Part shown: one piece after another, positions 1 to 7,915 of the stretch
Numbering within the stretch: the stretch's first letter is position 1
How the letters are laid out: the number at the start of each line of letters is the position of its first letter
Virus genome (UHGV): UHGV-0118447
DNA: 34,427 nt
Strand: one strand, 5' to 3'
DNA from: a virus
Translations under genes and position numbers: made by a program
The notes under the pieces: model-generated
Told to the model about the DNA's origin: nothing
The model's database searches: none
Seen by the model: only the letters and a program-made list of their open reading frames with translations

Positions 1-35
1 GAAGGTCGTAGGTTCGACTCCTATTATCGGCACCA
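1..35 (+). tRNA. 3' fragment of a tRNA gene (T-arm and acceptor end, ...GGTTCGACTCCTATTATCGGCACCA); consistent with a tRNA-Thr (thrW-type) integration target
   Basis: GGTTCGA T-loop motif and terminal CCA at 33-35 read directly; tRNA identity is from memory of thrW and was not verified. Confidence 0.6.
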
Positions 36-49
36 TTTAAATCAATGAG

Positions 50-1210
50 TTACCTCGCATTTAAGTAAACCACGTTCTCCTCTTGTGCCGTATTTGTGCC
101 ATTGCGACTTATAATCGCATCGATTTTGCTCGCGTGCTCGGTGAGATGCCCGGCTGAAAGGTGGGCGTATCTTTGAACCATTTCGAGAGTTTCCCATCCT
201 CCCATCTCTTTAAGTGCAAGAAGAGAGACACCGGACTGAACCAGCCAGCTTGCCCAAGTATGCCTCAGGTCATGGAAGCGGAAGTTGCTAATGCCTGCCC
301 GCTTTAACGCTCCCTTCCATGCCTTGTTGCTGTCGGTTCTCATCTTCCTTACCGCTGCTGTTTTTGTTCCGTCGCTTCGGTAGGCAGGTTTGGTGTGGAC
401 AAACACCCATCTCTTATGGAGCCCCTGCTGTTTTCTTAATATCTGGCATGCGGTTTCGTTAAGAGGAACTCCGATCGCATTGCCAGCTTTTGTTTCATCA
501 GGGTGCATCCATGCCATTTTCTTATCCAGATCGACCTGTGACCACTCAAGGTCTGTAACGTTGGAACGGCGAAGGCCTGTCGTGATTGCAAACATGACCA
601 CAGGGAAGAAATGAGGAGCAATTTCTGCAAACAGGCGCTTCGATTCCTCCTCTGTAAGCCATCTGATTCGTCCATTCTTAACGCGTGGTGTTGATATTTT
701 GGGCGCCCTGTCAAGCCATCCCCATTCAACAGCCATATTGAGAATAGCGCGAAGTATTGCCAGATGCCGCGTCTTCGTTCCTTTGCTTGCCAGCTTTGGT
801 TTATACTCCGGCACTGGCTTGCCAAGCCGCAAACACCTGTCCCGGCTCATTTCCCAGTTCAGGCGATGGCGGCGGTTTTCCATCCCGTCTACCGCCTCCA
901 TTATTTTTTCTGTTGTTATGTCAGAGAGAATGGTTTCTCTGAAGTGCAACATCCAGAACGATATAATGCTCTTGTCATCATCAATGGACTTCTTATCCGA
1001 TTTCTCACGCAGCCACCGTATGCAGGCTTCCTTGAATAGCTTTTTCGGCGATTCCCCGAGATTTTTTACTCTCCACGCTTCTGCTTTCAGACGATCGTGA
1101 AGTTCTTGCGCTTGCCTTTTGTCCGATGTTTCAAGAGAGCGTCTAACTCTTGATCCATCTGGCGCGACGAAATCACAGTGCCACGTGCCACCGCGTAGTT
1201 TGATTGACAT
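50..1210 (-). CDS. int: Tyrosine integrase (P22/lambda Int family)
   Basis: 386 aa; C-terminal HDLRHTWASW...YAHL catalytic motifs; overall resemblance to P22 Int; directly next to tRNA 3' end. Confidence 0.95.
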   Translation of the reverse strand: MSIKLRGGTWHCDFVAPDGSRVRRSLETSDKRQAQELHDRLKAEAWRVKNLGESPKKLFKEACIRWLREKSDKKSIDDDKSIISFWMLHFRETILSDITTEKIMEAVDGMENRRHRLNWEMSRDRCLRLGKPVPEYKPKLASKGTKTRHLAILRAILNMAVEWGWLDRAPKISTPRVKNGRIRWLTEEESKRLFAEIAPHFFPVVMFAITTGLRRSNVTDLEWSQVDLDKKMAWMHPDETKAGNAIGVPLNETACQILRKQQGLHKRWVFVHTKPAYRSDGTKTAAVRKMRTDSNKAWKGALKRAGISNFRFHDLRHTWASWLVQSGVSLLALKEMGGWETLEMVQRYAHLSAGHLTEHASKIDAIISRNGTNTAQEENVVYLNAR

Positions 1211-1434
1211 GCTTTAACCTCCTGCACATCAACCGCATTCACCGCGCTATTGTGTCTTACAGACTTAAGCGCCGCAATGCAGTCTGACTTGCAAATGCGA
1301 TATGGGCTTTTAGGTTTATCTGGATTTATCTTTGCGGCCTGAAGTCGTCCACTTCGTATCCACTGCGTGATAGTGCCTTTGTCTACCTTCAGATACGATG
1401 CTGCCTCTTCACGAGTGAAGATTTCTTCTTCCAC
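1087..1434 (-). CDS. xis: Excisionase (HTH, Xis-like)
   Basis: 115 aa; N-terminal HTH (EEAASYLKVDKGTITQWIRSGRL); GTG start with GGAG SD; 3' end overlaps int start by about 124 nt as in lambda xis/int. Confidence 0.7.
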   Translation of the reverse strand: MEEEIFTREEAASYLKVDKGTITQWIRSGRLQAAKINPDKPKSPYRICKSDCIAALKSVRHNSAVNAVDVQEVKACQSNYAVARGTVISSRQMDQELDALLKHRTKGKRKNFTIV

Positions 1435-1533
1435 TTGGAATCTCCATTTATTGAGTTGGTATTATTGCGGTAGGTCTGGATATCTTGAGAAATGAACAGG
1501 CCTCACCGAGTGTGAGGCGGTGTTATTTCATGG

Positions 1534-1878
1534 TTAGTCCTTGCGTAGCTCGCTAATTCTTCTGTAAGTCTCTGGTGCTTTGTTTCCGTGTATCTTCATT
1601 TCAGACTTCAACAGAGCAACGAGGGAATCCCATTCGTTGAGGATGCCTTTGAATGCCGGAACGCGCTTTGCAACCTTGTTGAATGAATCTCTGATTTCTG
1701 GAATCTGCTCAACAAGTGCAACGCATCGCCGAAAGTCTGCTGCGTCATGGGGAGCACCGAAGTAATGACCATAGATATTCTTTTTCAGTCCACATGCGAT
1801 TGAGGCAAGAGTTGCGCTACTGATACCGACATCGCTAGTCGATTGCCATTTCAAAACCTTCATAGCCAAATCTGACAT
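1534..1878 (-). CDS. Hypothetical protein (114 aa)
   Basis: ATG-initiated ORF in the int-proximal accessory region; no family recognised. Confidence 0.55.
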   Translation of the reverse strand: MSDLAMKVLKWQSTSDVGISSATLASIACGLKKNIYGHYFGAPHDAADFRRCVALVEQIPEIRDSFNKVAKRVPAFKGILNEWDSLVALLKSEMKIHGNKAPETYRRISELRKD

Positions 1879-1978
1879 TTCTTGTCTCCATAAAACAAAA
1901 CCCGCCGTAGCGAGTTCAGATAAAAGAAATCCCCGCGAGTGCGAGGATTGTTATTCACCTTTGACGGCAAGTTGCAGG

Positions 1979-2833
1979 TTAGCCACGGTTAACCTCCAGT
2001 TGTGGTGCTGCCTCAAGAGCAGCCCTGTAACCAGCAGCATGACCGCGAAAGTTAGCAATCTCTGATAGCCACGCTTTAATCATGGCCTGAGTTGGCTCCT
2101 TCGGCACCATAACCCAACCATCCGGAGTTACCGGAGAGTTGCCAGCCTGAACAGTAGGCATATCCGGACCTTTGCGAATCGCCCTGGCAAGATCGATTGG
2201 GTCGTCGTATAACCAGTCACCTGTTTGCGGATGATTGGCCTCTGCCAGTTGCGCCGCCCATTCAAGGCCGTCTTTGTGACCTTGCAGATAGTCCAACGGC
2301 AACTCATCACGATTACTTACGGGTTCGATTTGTTCGGAATTACCGGACAACTGCATGGTACCTTCATTGGTGAGGGTACCATCTGCACCCTGAAGCATGG
2401 CTGCCCGGCACTCATCAACAGCCTGACACAGCTTGGCGCGGTGATGTCCAGCCATAGTCCCTTTGTTCCAGTCATGCCCCATTGTCATGCCGTAAGCATG
2501 GTGGAGAAGGCGCTTGAAACACTCAGGCACAGCTACCGGCGCTGGAGGGGCGGTGTAGAGCGGCATTACCTCAATATTGAAGATATCCCCCTCGCTTGGA
2601 CACGCCTCTGCGCTACCGTAAACCCAAGGGTGAACGACTCCGTTACGCTTGTTGATTAATCTGTGCGCCCACGCCACAGGCTCCGCTTCGAGCGATGCCA
2701 GCGCGATACGCGCATTATTAATCAGGAGGCTATCAGCAGGAGATAAAACAACATGAGCGTTACCCTCCGCATCAATTTCAGAATTCGTAATTTTTCTGAA
2801 CAGCTTTGCCAGTTCTTTGGTAATAGTGCTCAT
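1979..2833 (-). CDS. Hypothetical protein, Ea22-like C-terminal region (284 aa)
   Basis: ATG start with GAGGA SD inside the upstream gene; C-terminal PDGWVMVPKEPT...AAGYRAALEAAP segment resembles the conserved tail of lambdoid Ea22-like proteins (recollection). Confidence 0.6.
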   Translation of the reverse strand: MSTITKELAKLFRKITNSEIDAEGNAHVVLSPADSLLINNARIALASLEAEPVAWAHRLINKRNGVVHPWVYGSAEACPSEGDIFNIEVMPLYTAPPAPVAVPECFKRLLHHAYGMTMGHDWNKGTMAGHHRAKLCQAVDECRAAMLQGADGTLTNEGTMQLSGNSEQIEPVSNRDELPLDYLQGHKDGLEWAAQLAEANHPQTGDWLYDDPIDLARAIRKGPDMPTVQAGNSPVTPDGWVMVPKEPTQAMIKAWLSEIANFRGHAAGYRAALEAAPQLEVNRG

Positions 2834-2836
2834 GGG

Positions 2837-3268
2837 TTAGTCCTCACCTTTCTGTTGCACTACCGGAACCGATAAATCGACGCACCAGGAGATAACGCCG
2901 AATTGATCATCGTTCTGCGCTTCACCCCAAACGTAATATTTTGATCCTGGCCGACCCATTGCCGGGTCAAATACTTCTATGCCGCGTTCTGCCGTTAACG
3001 ACATCAGAATCTGATGCAGGCCGCCTTTGATGTTCAGTGACGGAACGGTCAGGAAGTAAATAAACCCGTAAAGCAATTCGGCCTTGCGCTGGCTTCCGTA
3101 AAAATACGGGATTTTGTAATAATCCAGCGCGTCGTCGAGCCAGTCTGTTTTGTCGTGGAATTTCTGATGCCAGCGTTCCACTACCTCATCGACAGGTTGA
3201 CCGGCAACCATTGCAACGCAGGTAGCCATGCAGGTGTTAAATGTTGGCTGCATTTGATGTTGAAGCAT
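2837..3268 (-). CDS. Putative papain-fold cysteine peptidase-like protein (143 aa)
   Basis: Q-x5-C (QPTFNTC) near the N-terminus, then His (GGLHQIL) and Asp 17 residues later (VFDPA), the spacing of a papain-like triad; start ATG overlaps upstream stop (TGATG). Confidence 0.5.
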   Translation of the reverse strand: MLQHQMQPTFNTCMATCVAMVAGQPVDEVVERWHQKFHDKTDWLDDALDYYKIPYFYGSQRKAELLYGFIYFLTVPSLNIKGGLHQILMSLTAERGIEVFDPAMGRPGSKYYVWGEAQNDDQFGVISWCVDLSVPVVQQKGED

Positions 3269-3879
3269 CACTCCCCCTTACCGATGCCGGCGGCGCGGTC
3301 TATGCGTTCGATTTCAGCCAGAATTAAAGCCCCTGCTTTTACCAGGTTGCGACGGCGGGCATTTGGCTTCCACCATGAAGCATCCCAAGGCCACCCCCAC
3401 GGCTTGCCACCATTGCGGTTAACAGTTTCTGTTTCGTTTATGTAACAAACCGCCGCCATTGCCAGTTCCCCGTTGCAGTGTTCGTCATCATGCTCTGGCA
3501 TCCACCCCTCAACCGATTGTTGCCGCTGGCGCTCTGCTATCACATCCAGAATTGCAGGATTGAATGCACGCGCTTCCAGTTCAGCAATCCGCTCCTCATA
3601 CCGAGCGCCAACGGAAACGGCTTTATGGAAGGCTTCGCACCATTTTGACGATTGCGCCTGCATCTTCTCCAGCTCATCCAGCAGCGCCAAGACGGTAGCC
3701 GGATTGGCTGCGGCGATAAATGCAGCATCACGCGCTTCGTTTTCACTGAATACCATGGCTATTTGCTCATGGTTCACGCCGTCAGTGGAGTAAATCTCAT
3801 CGTCGAACTCAACAGCCCACCGGCCTTTCGTCGCCTTCTCCGCCGCTTCACGCAGAGCCTGGTAATTAATCTCGCTCAC
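3268..3879 (-). CDS. Ead/Ea22-like protein with C-terminal putative dATP/dGTP pyrophosphohydrolase-like domain
   Basis: N-terminal [16 protein letters not shown] motif typical of Ead/Ea22-like proteins; probable GTG start at 3879 preceded by AGGAGG (the ORF track starts at 3900). Confidence 0.6.
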   Translation of the reverse strand: MSEINYQALREAAEKATKGRWAVEFDDEIYSTDGVNHEQIAMVFSENEARDAAFIAAANPATVLALLDELEKMQAQSSKWCEAFHKAVSVGARYEERIAELEARAFNPAILDVIAERQRQQSVEGWMPEHDDEHCNGELAMAAVCYINETETVNRNGGKPWGWPWDASWWKPNARRRNLVKAGALILAEIERIDRAAGIGKGE

Positions 3880-4043
3880 TGGTTGCCTCCTTTGCGCCAC
3901 ATCGCATTCAGATATTTGTTGTCATTAACAGAACCGAAACTCTTTCTCTTAAGCAATTCCTCTCTCGATGGCATTGGCTTTACGCGTTGGCGAATAATCA
4001 TTTCTGCCGGAAGAATGCCGGGATTGTATGCAAGTCCTCTCAT
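3876..4043 (-). CDS. Small hypothetical protein (55 aa), translationally coupled to the downstream gene
   Basis: ATG at 4043 with AGAGGA SD; stop TGA overlaps the GTG start of the next gene (GTGA); below the ORF-track size cutoff. Confidence 0.4.
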   Translation of the reverse strand: MRGLAYNPGILPAEMIIRQRVKPMPSREELLKRKSFGSVNDNKYLNAMWRKGGNQ

Positions 4044-4059
4044 GGTAAATTCCTCTTTG

Positions 4060-4374
4060 TTAATTTATTCGTATGCCTGCTCTTTCTTCATCGAGTTTTT
4101 TTAGCTTGTATCGCATAGCTCTTACTGAATAAATTGAGCGGCAGGTTGCAATTGCTATTTCTTCTGCGGAGAACTTACCGAAAAGTGATACTTCGGCTCT
4201 TGTCCATCGTCTTCCACGAAGTCGGCTAACAATGTCAGCTCCAATCCTTGTTGCTTTCGCCATTACTGCTTTTTCAGTCCTTTCCAGTTTTTCAGCGATA
4301 ACTTCAACTGGCATTGTCGCCGCTACTTCGCGCAAGAAATCGACTTCCCATTTCTCCCATGGAGTCTTTTTCAT
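4060..4374 (-). CDS. Hypothetical protein with internally duplicated helical motif (104 aa)
   Basis: Two similar W-x-E-V...E-I-A segments suggest a tandem HTH/Myb-like fold; ATG start. Confidence 0.5.
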   Translation of the reverse strand: MKKTPWEKWEVDFLREVAATMPVEVIAEKLERTEKAVMAKATRIGADIVSRLRGRRWTRAEVSLFGKFSAEEIAIATCRSIYSVRAMRYKLKKLDEERAGIRIN

Positions 4375-4385
4375 AGGCGATACCG

Positions 4386-4868
4386 TTATTTGATAAGAAG
4401 TGAAGGTTTCCCAACTTTGAGTTGAGCACCGGGAATATTTATTCCTGCTTTTAGTTGGTGTTTGATTGCCAGTTTGTCGGCTTTAATTGTCGTTTCAAAC
4501 TCAACGTATTCAGGAGGAAGGGCGCTTGAGTCGATGATTTCTACAATTTCTGACGGTTTGCGGATTGTTACCTGGTGAATACCTGCTCGAATATTTTTCT
4601 TGCCAACCATTTCAAGCGATGACGCTATATATGATTTGATGCTGTCAATCTTATTTTGGATTACTGCGGCTCGCTCATTCAGTGACTTTGCCTCTTCCTT
4701 GAGGCGTTCAGCATAACCAGATTCATTTTTAATGACGGAAAGAAGTTGCTCTATTTTATCGGTAAATTCTCCTTCCATGCCTTCTATTGTGTCAGCAATC
4801 ATCTCTGGTTCTAAATCTGAATCCATCAATTTTGCGTATTCATTGGCAATTTCATACAGTTTGCTCAC
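4386..4868 (-). CDS. Gp157-family protein (RecT-associated)
   Basis: Coiled-coil protein directly downstream of RecT; probable GTG start at 4868 with GGAGG SD (track start 4874 is TTG). Confidence 0.6.
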   Translation of the reverse strand: MSKLYEIANEYAKLMDSDLEPEMIADTIEGMEGEFTDKIEQLLSVIKNESGYAERLKEEAKSLNERAAVIQNKIDSIKSYIASSLEMVGKKNIRAGIHQVTIRKPSEIVEIIDSSALPPEYVEFETTIKADKLAIKHQLKAGINIPGAQLKVGKPSLLIK

Positions 4869-5763
4869 TGGCAACCTCCAGTTTCGCTTTGCATTCTATG
4901 TAAATGGCTTGTACGTTCTGCTGCAATTTCATTCCAGACGTCAGGCGATATGCTTCTGCAAAATATCGCTTCAAATCATCCATGTTTTCTGCCTGAGCCA
5001 TTTCATCGCAAAGAAGTTGTACTTTATCCATTATTTCCTGCTGGCGTTTCCGTTCATCTTCGCGGATATCTTCCTCTGATTTGTGCGGCATAACTGGTTC
5101 AGTCCACACACCTTCTTCTTCGTTTAGTACGTGAATAGCACTATCAAGACGTGATGCCTTAGGCCAATACTTGCTTGCACGCTTTACGACCGTCTTTCGC
5201 GCCATCTCATTCCAGTGATTTACCCATGGTCCTTTATCGCTGAATGCCGCCTTGCTTGTTTTCCTTACAGCCTCAATTTCAGCCAGACTCATCTCTTCCG
5301 TTAGATAATCACCTGCTGGCGTCTTAACTGTGCAGTAAACGCCAACGATATCACCACGATCACCGAAGGCGTTGTATTTATGGGTTGGTGCTTTATCAAG
5401 CCCGTTTGACTCATAGGTATCGTTAGCATGAACAAGTTTTGCCTGACCCCATGAGATAACACCAGACTCCATTGCAATATGGAGCAATCCCATATAACTG
5501 ATATCAAGGCACACCATGCCGTCGCGCGGAACCAGATAAGCCAGTTTGCTGGCCGGGTTTAAGGTGATACCGATCGCCGCAACATTGATGATGGCGTTCT
5601 GTGCGCTGGTTGGATTTGCCAGTGCTGTTTTAGCCAGGTAATCATTTTTCTGGAAATACTGAATTGCAAACTGGCTTTCCTTAGCCCATGTCACCGTCTG
5701 TTCAGTCAATGCTCCGCAGAATAACTGCTCTTGCTGTTTAACGAATTCAACGATATTGCTCAT
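4852..5763 (-). CDS. recT: RecT-family single-strand annealing recombinase
   Basis: 303 aa; GPWVNHWNEMARKTVVKRASKYWP region matches the conserved RecT core. Confidence 0.85.
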   Translation of the reverse strand: MSNIVEFVKQQEQLFCGALTEQTVTWAKESQFAIQYFQKNDYLAKTALANPTSAQNAIINVAAIGITLNPASKLAYLVPRDGMVCLDISYMGLLHIAMESGVISWGQAKLVHANDTYESNGLDKAPTHKYNAFGDRGDIVGVYCTVKTPAGDYLTEEMSLAEIEAVRKTSKAAFSDKGPWVNHWNEMARKTVVKRASKYWPKASRLDSAIHVLNEEEGVWTEPVMPHKSEEDIREDERKRQQEIMDKVQLLCDEMAQAENMDDLKRYFAEAYRLTSGMKLQQNVQAIYIECKAKLEVASEQTV

Positions 5764-6071
5764 GCTGCTTCTCCAAAAATGTGTCTGCGTTTGAATATTG
5801 CGAAGGCATATTCAGCCTTAACTCTTTCGGTTATTGCATCCCAGAACCATTCAGCGGCTTTTTCCTGATAGTCACAGTCATCATCTTCCAGCCAGTCGAT
5901 AGCGTCCTTAGTGTGTTCATCTGGTTTATATGAGCGAAGCATTTCGCTTATTGGGTCGCAACGTTTGCAGAGGCGATCAACTTCACTGTTGATTCGTTCG
6001 TAATCTTCATCAGTAAAACTTGCGATTATTTGCGATATTTCACGCTTATCATTCAGAGTCAGAATCATCAT
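5760..6071 (-). CDS. Acidic hypothetical protein (103 aa) coupled to recT
   Basis: ATGA stop/start overlap with recT; strongly acidic; occupies the position held by gam/abc anti-nuclease genes in related phages. Confidence 0.55.
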   Translation of the reverse strand: MMILTLNDKREISQIIASFTDEDYERINSEVDRLCKRCDPISEMLRSYKPDEHTKDAIDWLEDDDCDYQEKAAEWFWDAITERVKAEYAFAIFKRRHIFGEAA

Positions 6072-6156
6072 CTTTCTCCTGTTCTTTGTGCTGATTGAGC
6101 ATTTTGTTCATCTGACGAATGAATTCTTCGTCTGACCATGTATCCGCAATACTCAT
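6049..6156 (-). CDS. Small acidic ORF (35 aa), uncertain
   Basis: ATG-initiated ORF whose start overlaps the upstream stop (ATGA); very short and overlaps the next gene by 23 nt. Confidence 0.25.
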   Translation of the reverse strand: MSIADTWSDEEFIRQMNKMLNQHKEQEKDDDSDSE

Positions 6157-6317
6157 TGCTTAACGACCTTAATCAGTTGAGTTACCTCAATGATGTCCTC
6201 GCATAAATCCGAGTACTGAAATGGGCCGCAGTTGTGAGAGTTAGTGCGTCTGGCGAAAGCCATTCTTCTAAGCTCTTTCATGGCTTCTTCCAGTTCCTCG
6301 TAAGTTGGTTTTTTCAT
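6153..6317 (-). CDS. Small hypothetical protein (54 aa) at the kil position
   Basis: ATG overlaps the cIII-like stop (ATGA); lies between cIII and the recombination genes. Confidence 0.4.
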   Translation of the reverse strand: MKKPTYEELEEAMKELRRMAFARRTNSHNCGPFQYSDLCEDIIEVTQLIKVVKQ

Positions 6318-6484
6318 GGCTGTACCTTTTGATTCAGAAACTCAACAAGACGATCCAGCAAGCTCTTAACGCGAGGTTGTTTAAAGTCTGCTCCGGTTAA
6401 AATATTTTTTCGTGAATGCTGTACCGATAAAATCGGGTTGAAAGGGCGAACCGATGCCGCCCCTGCAATAGCGAACTGTTGCAT
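6314..6484 (-). CDS. cIII: CIII-like protein (56 aa)
   Basis: MQQFAIAG...SLLDRLVEFLNQ resembles lambda CIII (MQYAIAG...RLIDILNQ); AAGGAG SD; the longer ORF-track N-terminus overlaps a terminator and is rejected. Confidence 0.55.
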   Translation of the reverse strand: MQQFAIAGAASVRPFNPILSVQHSRKNILTGADFKQPRVKSLLDRLVEFLNQKVQP

Positions 6485-6548
6485 AGGATGCTCCTTCTGT
6501 TTGATTGCATAACGAAAACGCCTCAAGTGAAGCGTTATTGGTATGCAT

Positions 6549-6575
6549 ATAAAAAAGCCCTCACACTGGAGGGCG
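6549..6575 (-). terminator. Intrinsic terminator (tL-like) upstream of cIII
   Basis: Minus-strand GCCCTC-CAGTGT-GAGGGC hairpin followed by TTTTTT. Confidence 0.6.
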
Positions 6576-6678
6576 AAGAAGATTTCCAATAATCAGAACA
6601 AGTCGGCTCCTGTTTAGTTACGAGCGACATTGCTCCGTGTATTCACTCGTTGGAATGAATACACAGTGCTTATTCATA

Positions 6679-7149
6679 CTAATAAAACACCCAATTTTCT
6701 GTTTCTTGGTTGTGTCCAAAGTTATATTCAATATCTGGTGTTGATGTATCAATATTCTTCATCCCATCAACAAGAGTTGATACAACAGCCAAATCTTGTT
6801 TGATTCTCATCAAATGGTATTTCTTCCGGCGCAATAAACTTTCAATGGCAAGTTTCTTCGTCGGGAACGCAAAAGATCTTTCTGCATTTTTTGCTACTTT
6901 CTTAATTGCATATCTATTTCTCCTTTGTTTCCATTCCTGTAACCACTGATTTGGTGCTGGTTTAAAATTAACAATCCAATGCGCAGGAACCAACCATGCA
7001 TAATGCTCTGTCTGATGAAAAGCTATATATTGAAGTGCGAATATTTTGATTCCATCTTCTTCAACTGTCGCTTGGAATCTCCAGAAAACAGGCATTCCCT
7101 CATGTTCAGTTTCTGATTCAGGAAAAGGTACGCTCCATGATTTTGTCAT
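6679..7149 (-). CDS. Hypothetical protein in AT-rich island (156 aa)
   Basis: ATG ORF; local GC clearly lower than flanks; followed by a 9-bp-stem hairpin (about 6637-6664) and the tL terminator. Confidence 0.6.
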   Translation of the reverse strand: MTKSWSVPFPESETEHEGMPVFWRFQATVEEDGIKIFALQYIAFHQTEHYAWLVPAHWIVNFKPAPNQWLQEWKQRRNRYAIKKVAKNAERSFAFPTKKLAIESLLRRKKYHLMRIKQDLAVVSTLVDGMKNIDTSTPDIEYNFGHNQETENWVFY

Positions 7150-7152
7150 ATA

Positions 7153-7440
7153 TTACTCATCTCCAAGGGCTTTGCTGATTGCTGCGATACCTTTATTAAC
7201 AGCTCCATACCATTCTGGATATGTTGTCGTTGTTCTATTTTTGGTTTGCTTAAGTAATAACTGAAGTGCTTCGAGAAGGTCAGGAGCTGCTGCTATCAGT
7301 AGCGCATCCTCCCTTTCATTTCTTGTTGCTGCTTCAATGTATGTGTCACCAATCGTCACACCATGGAACGTAGTCATCATCTCGTTGACGTTTCTAACCG
7401 TGTACTTCCATTTACCAGGCGTACCCTTAAACTCTTTCAT
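7153..7440 (-). CDS. Ead/Ea22-like N-domain protein (about 95 aa)
   Basis: GKWKY...AAAPDLLEALQ parallels the N-domain of the 3268-3879 gene; ATG at 7440 preferred over the GTG at 7446. Confidence 0.55.
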   Translation of the reverse strand: MKEFKGTPGKWKYTVRNVNEMMTTFHGVTIGDTYIEAATRNEREDALLIAAAPDLLEALQLLLKQTKNRTTTTYPEWYGAVNKGIAAISKALGDE

Positions 7441-7471
7441 ATCCACCTCTGTTGTTTATGCCAAAGCAAAT

Positions 7472-7714
7472 TTAACCATCAACAAACTCTTCTGGTAATT
7501 TATCAACCAGTTGATGACTTATTATCAGCCATTTGCCATCCTTCGTTTCGTATGCATATTTCTGGTCTTTTATCATCAGGTGTTCGGCTACTGCCCTAAC
7601 TGCCTGATCGGTGACATCTTCTCTCTTTCCTACCCACATTCCTTTTTCAGTGTTTAATGTTCCTTGAAAAATACGACCGCTTAATGGGCTTGCGCCCATA
7701 GTTTTTACTCTCAT
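7472..7714 (-). CDS. Hypothetical protein (80 aa)
   Basis: ATG ORF in the pL operon downstream of N. Confidence 0.5.
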   Translation of the reverse strand: MRVKTMGASPLSGRIFQGTLNTEKGMWVGKREDVTDQAVRAVAEHLMIKDQKYAYETKDGKWLIISHQLVDKLPEEFVDG

Positions 7715-7770
7715 GTATCAGCTCTCAAATAAGTGTTTTGCTGCGAAAATAAATCCGCTTAAGTTACCTG

Positions 7771-7908
7771 TTATTTATCCCACCAAGTTCCGTATCTATC
7801 TATCCAGTTACACCAATCGTCGACACTCCATTTTGTTGTGTCGCATTTTGGCAATTGGCATGAATATCTACCTTCTTTGTAAAGTCGGCGTTTGATTTTC
7901 TTGAGCAT
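7771..7908 (-). CDS. Small Cys/Trp-rich protein (45 aa) immediately downstream of N
   Basis: ATG 7 nt after the N stop with GAGGTGG SD; sequence MLKKIKRRLYKEGRYSCQLPKCDTTKWSVDDWCNWIDRYGTWWDK; below the ORF-track cutoff. Confidence 0.4.
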   Translation of the reverse strand: MLKKIKRRLYKEGRYSCQLPKCDTTKWSVDDWCNWIDRYGTWWDK

Positions 7909-7915
7909 GACCACC

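Noticed and set aside
436-1100. Plus- and minus-strand ORFs nested in the integrase gene
   Set aside because: Overlap a confidently identified integrase; no start context; composition atypical
6314-6589. Full 91-aa ORF-track extent of the cIII-like gene
   Set aside because: The N-terminal 35 codons begin at TTG and overlap the hairpin and U-tract of the tL-like terminator; the internal ATG at 6484 with an AAGGAG SD is the plausible start
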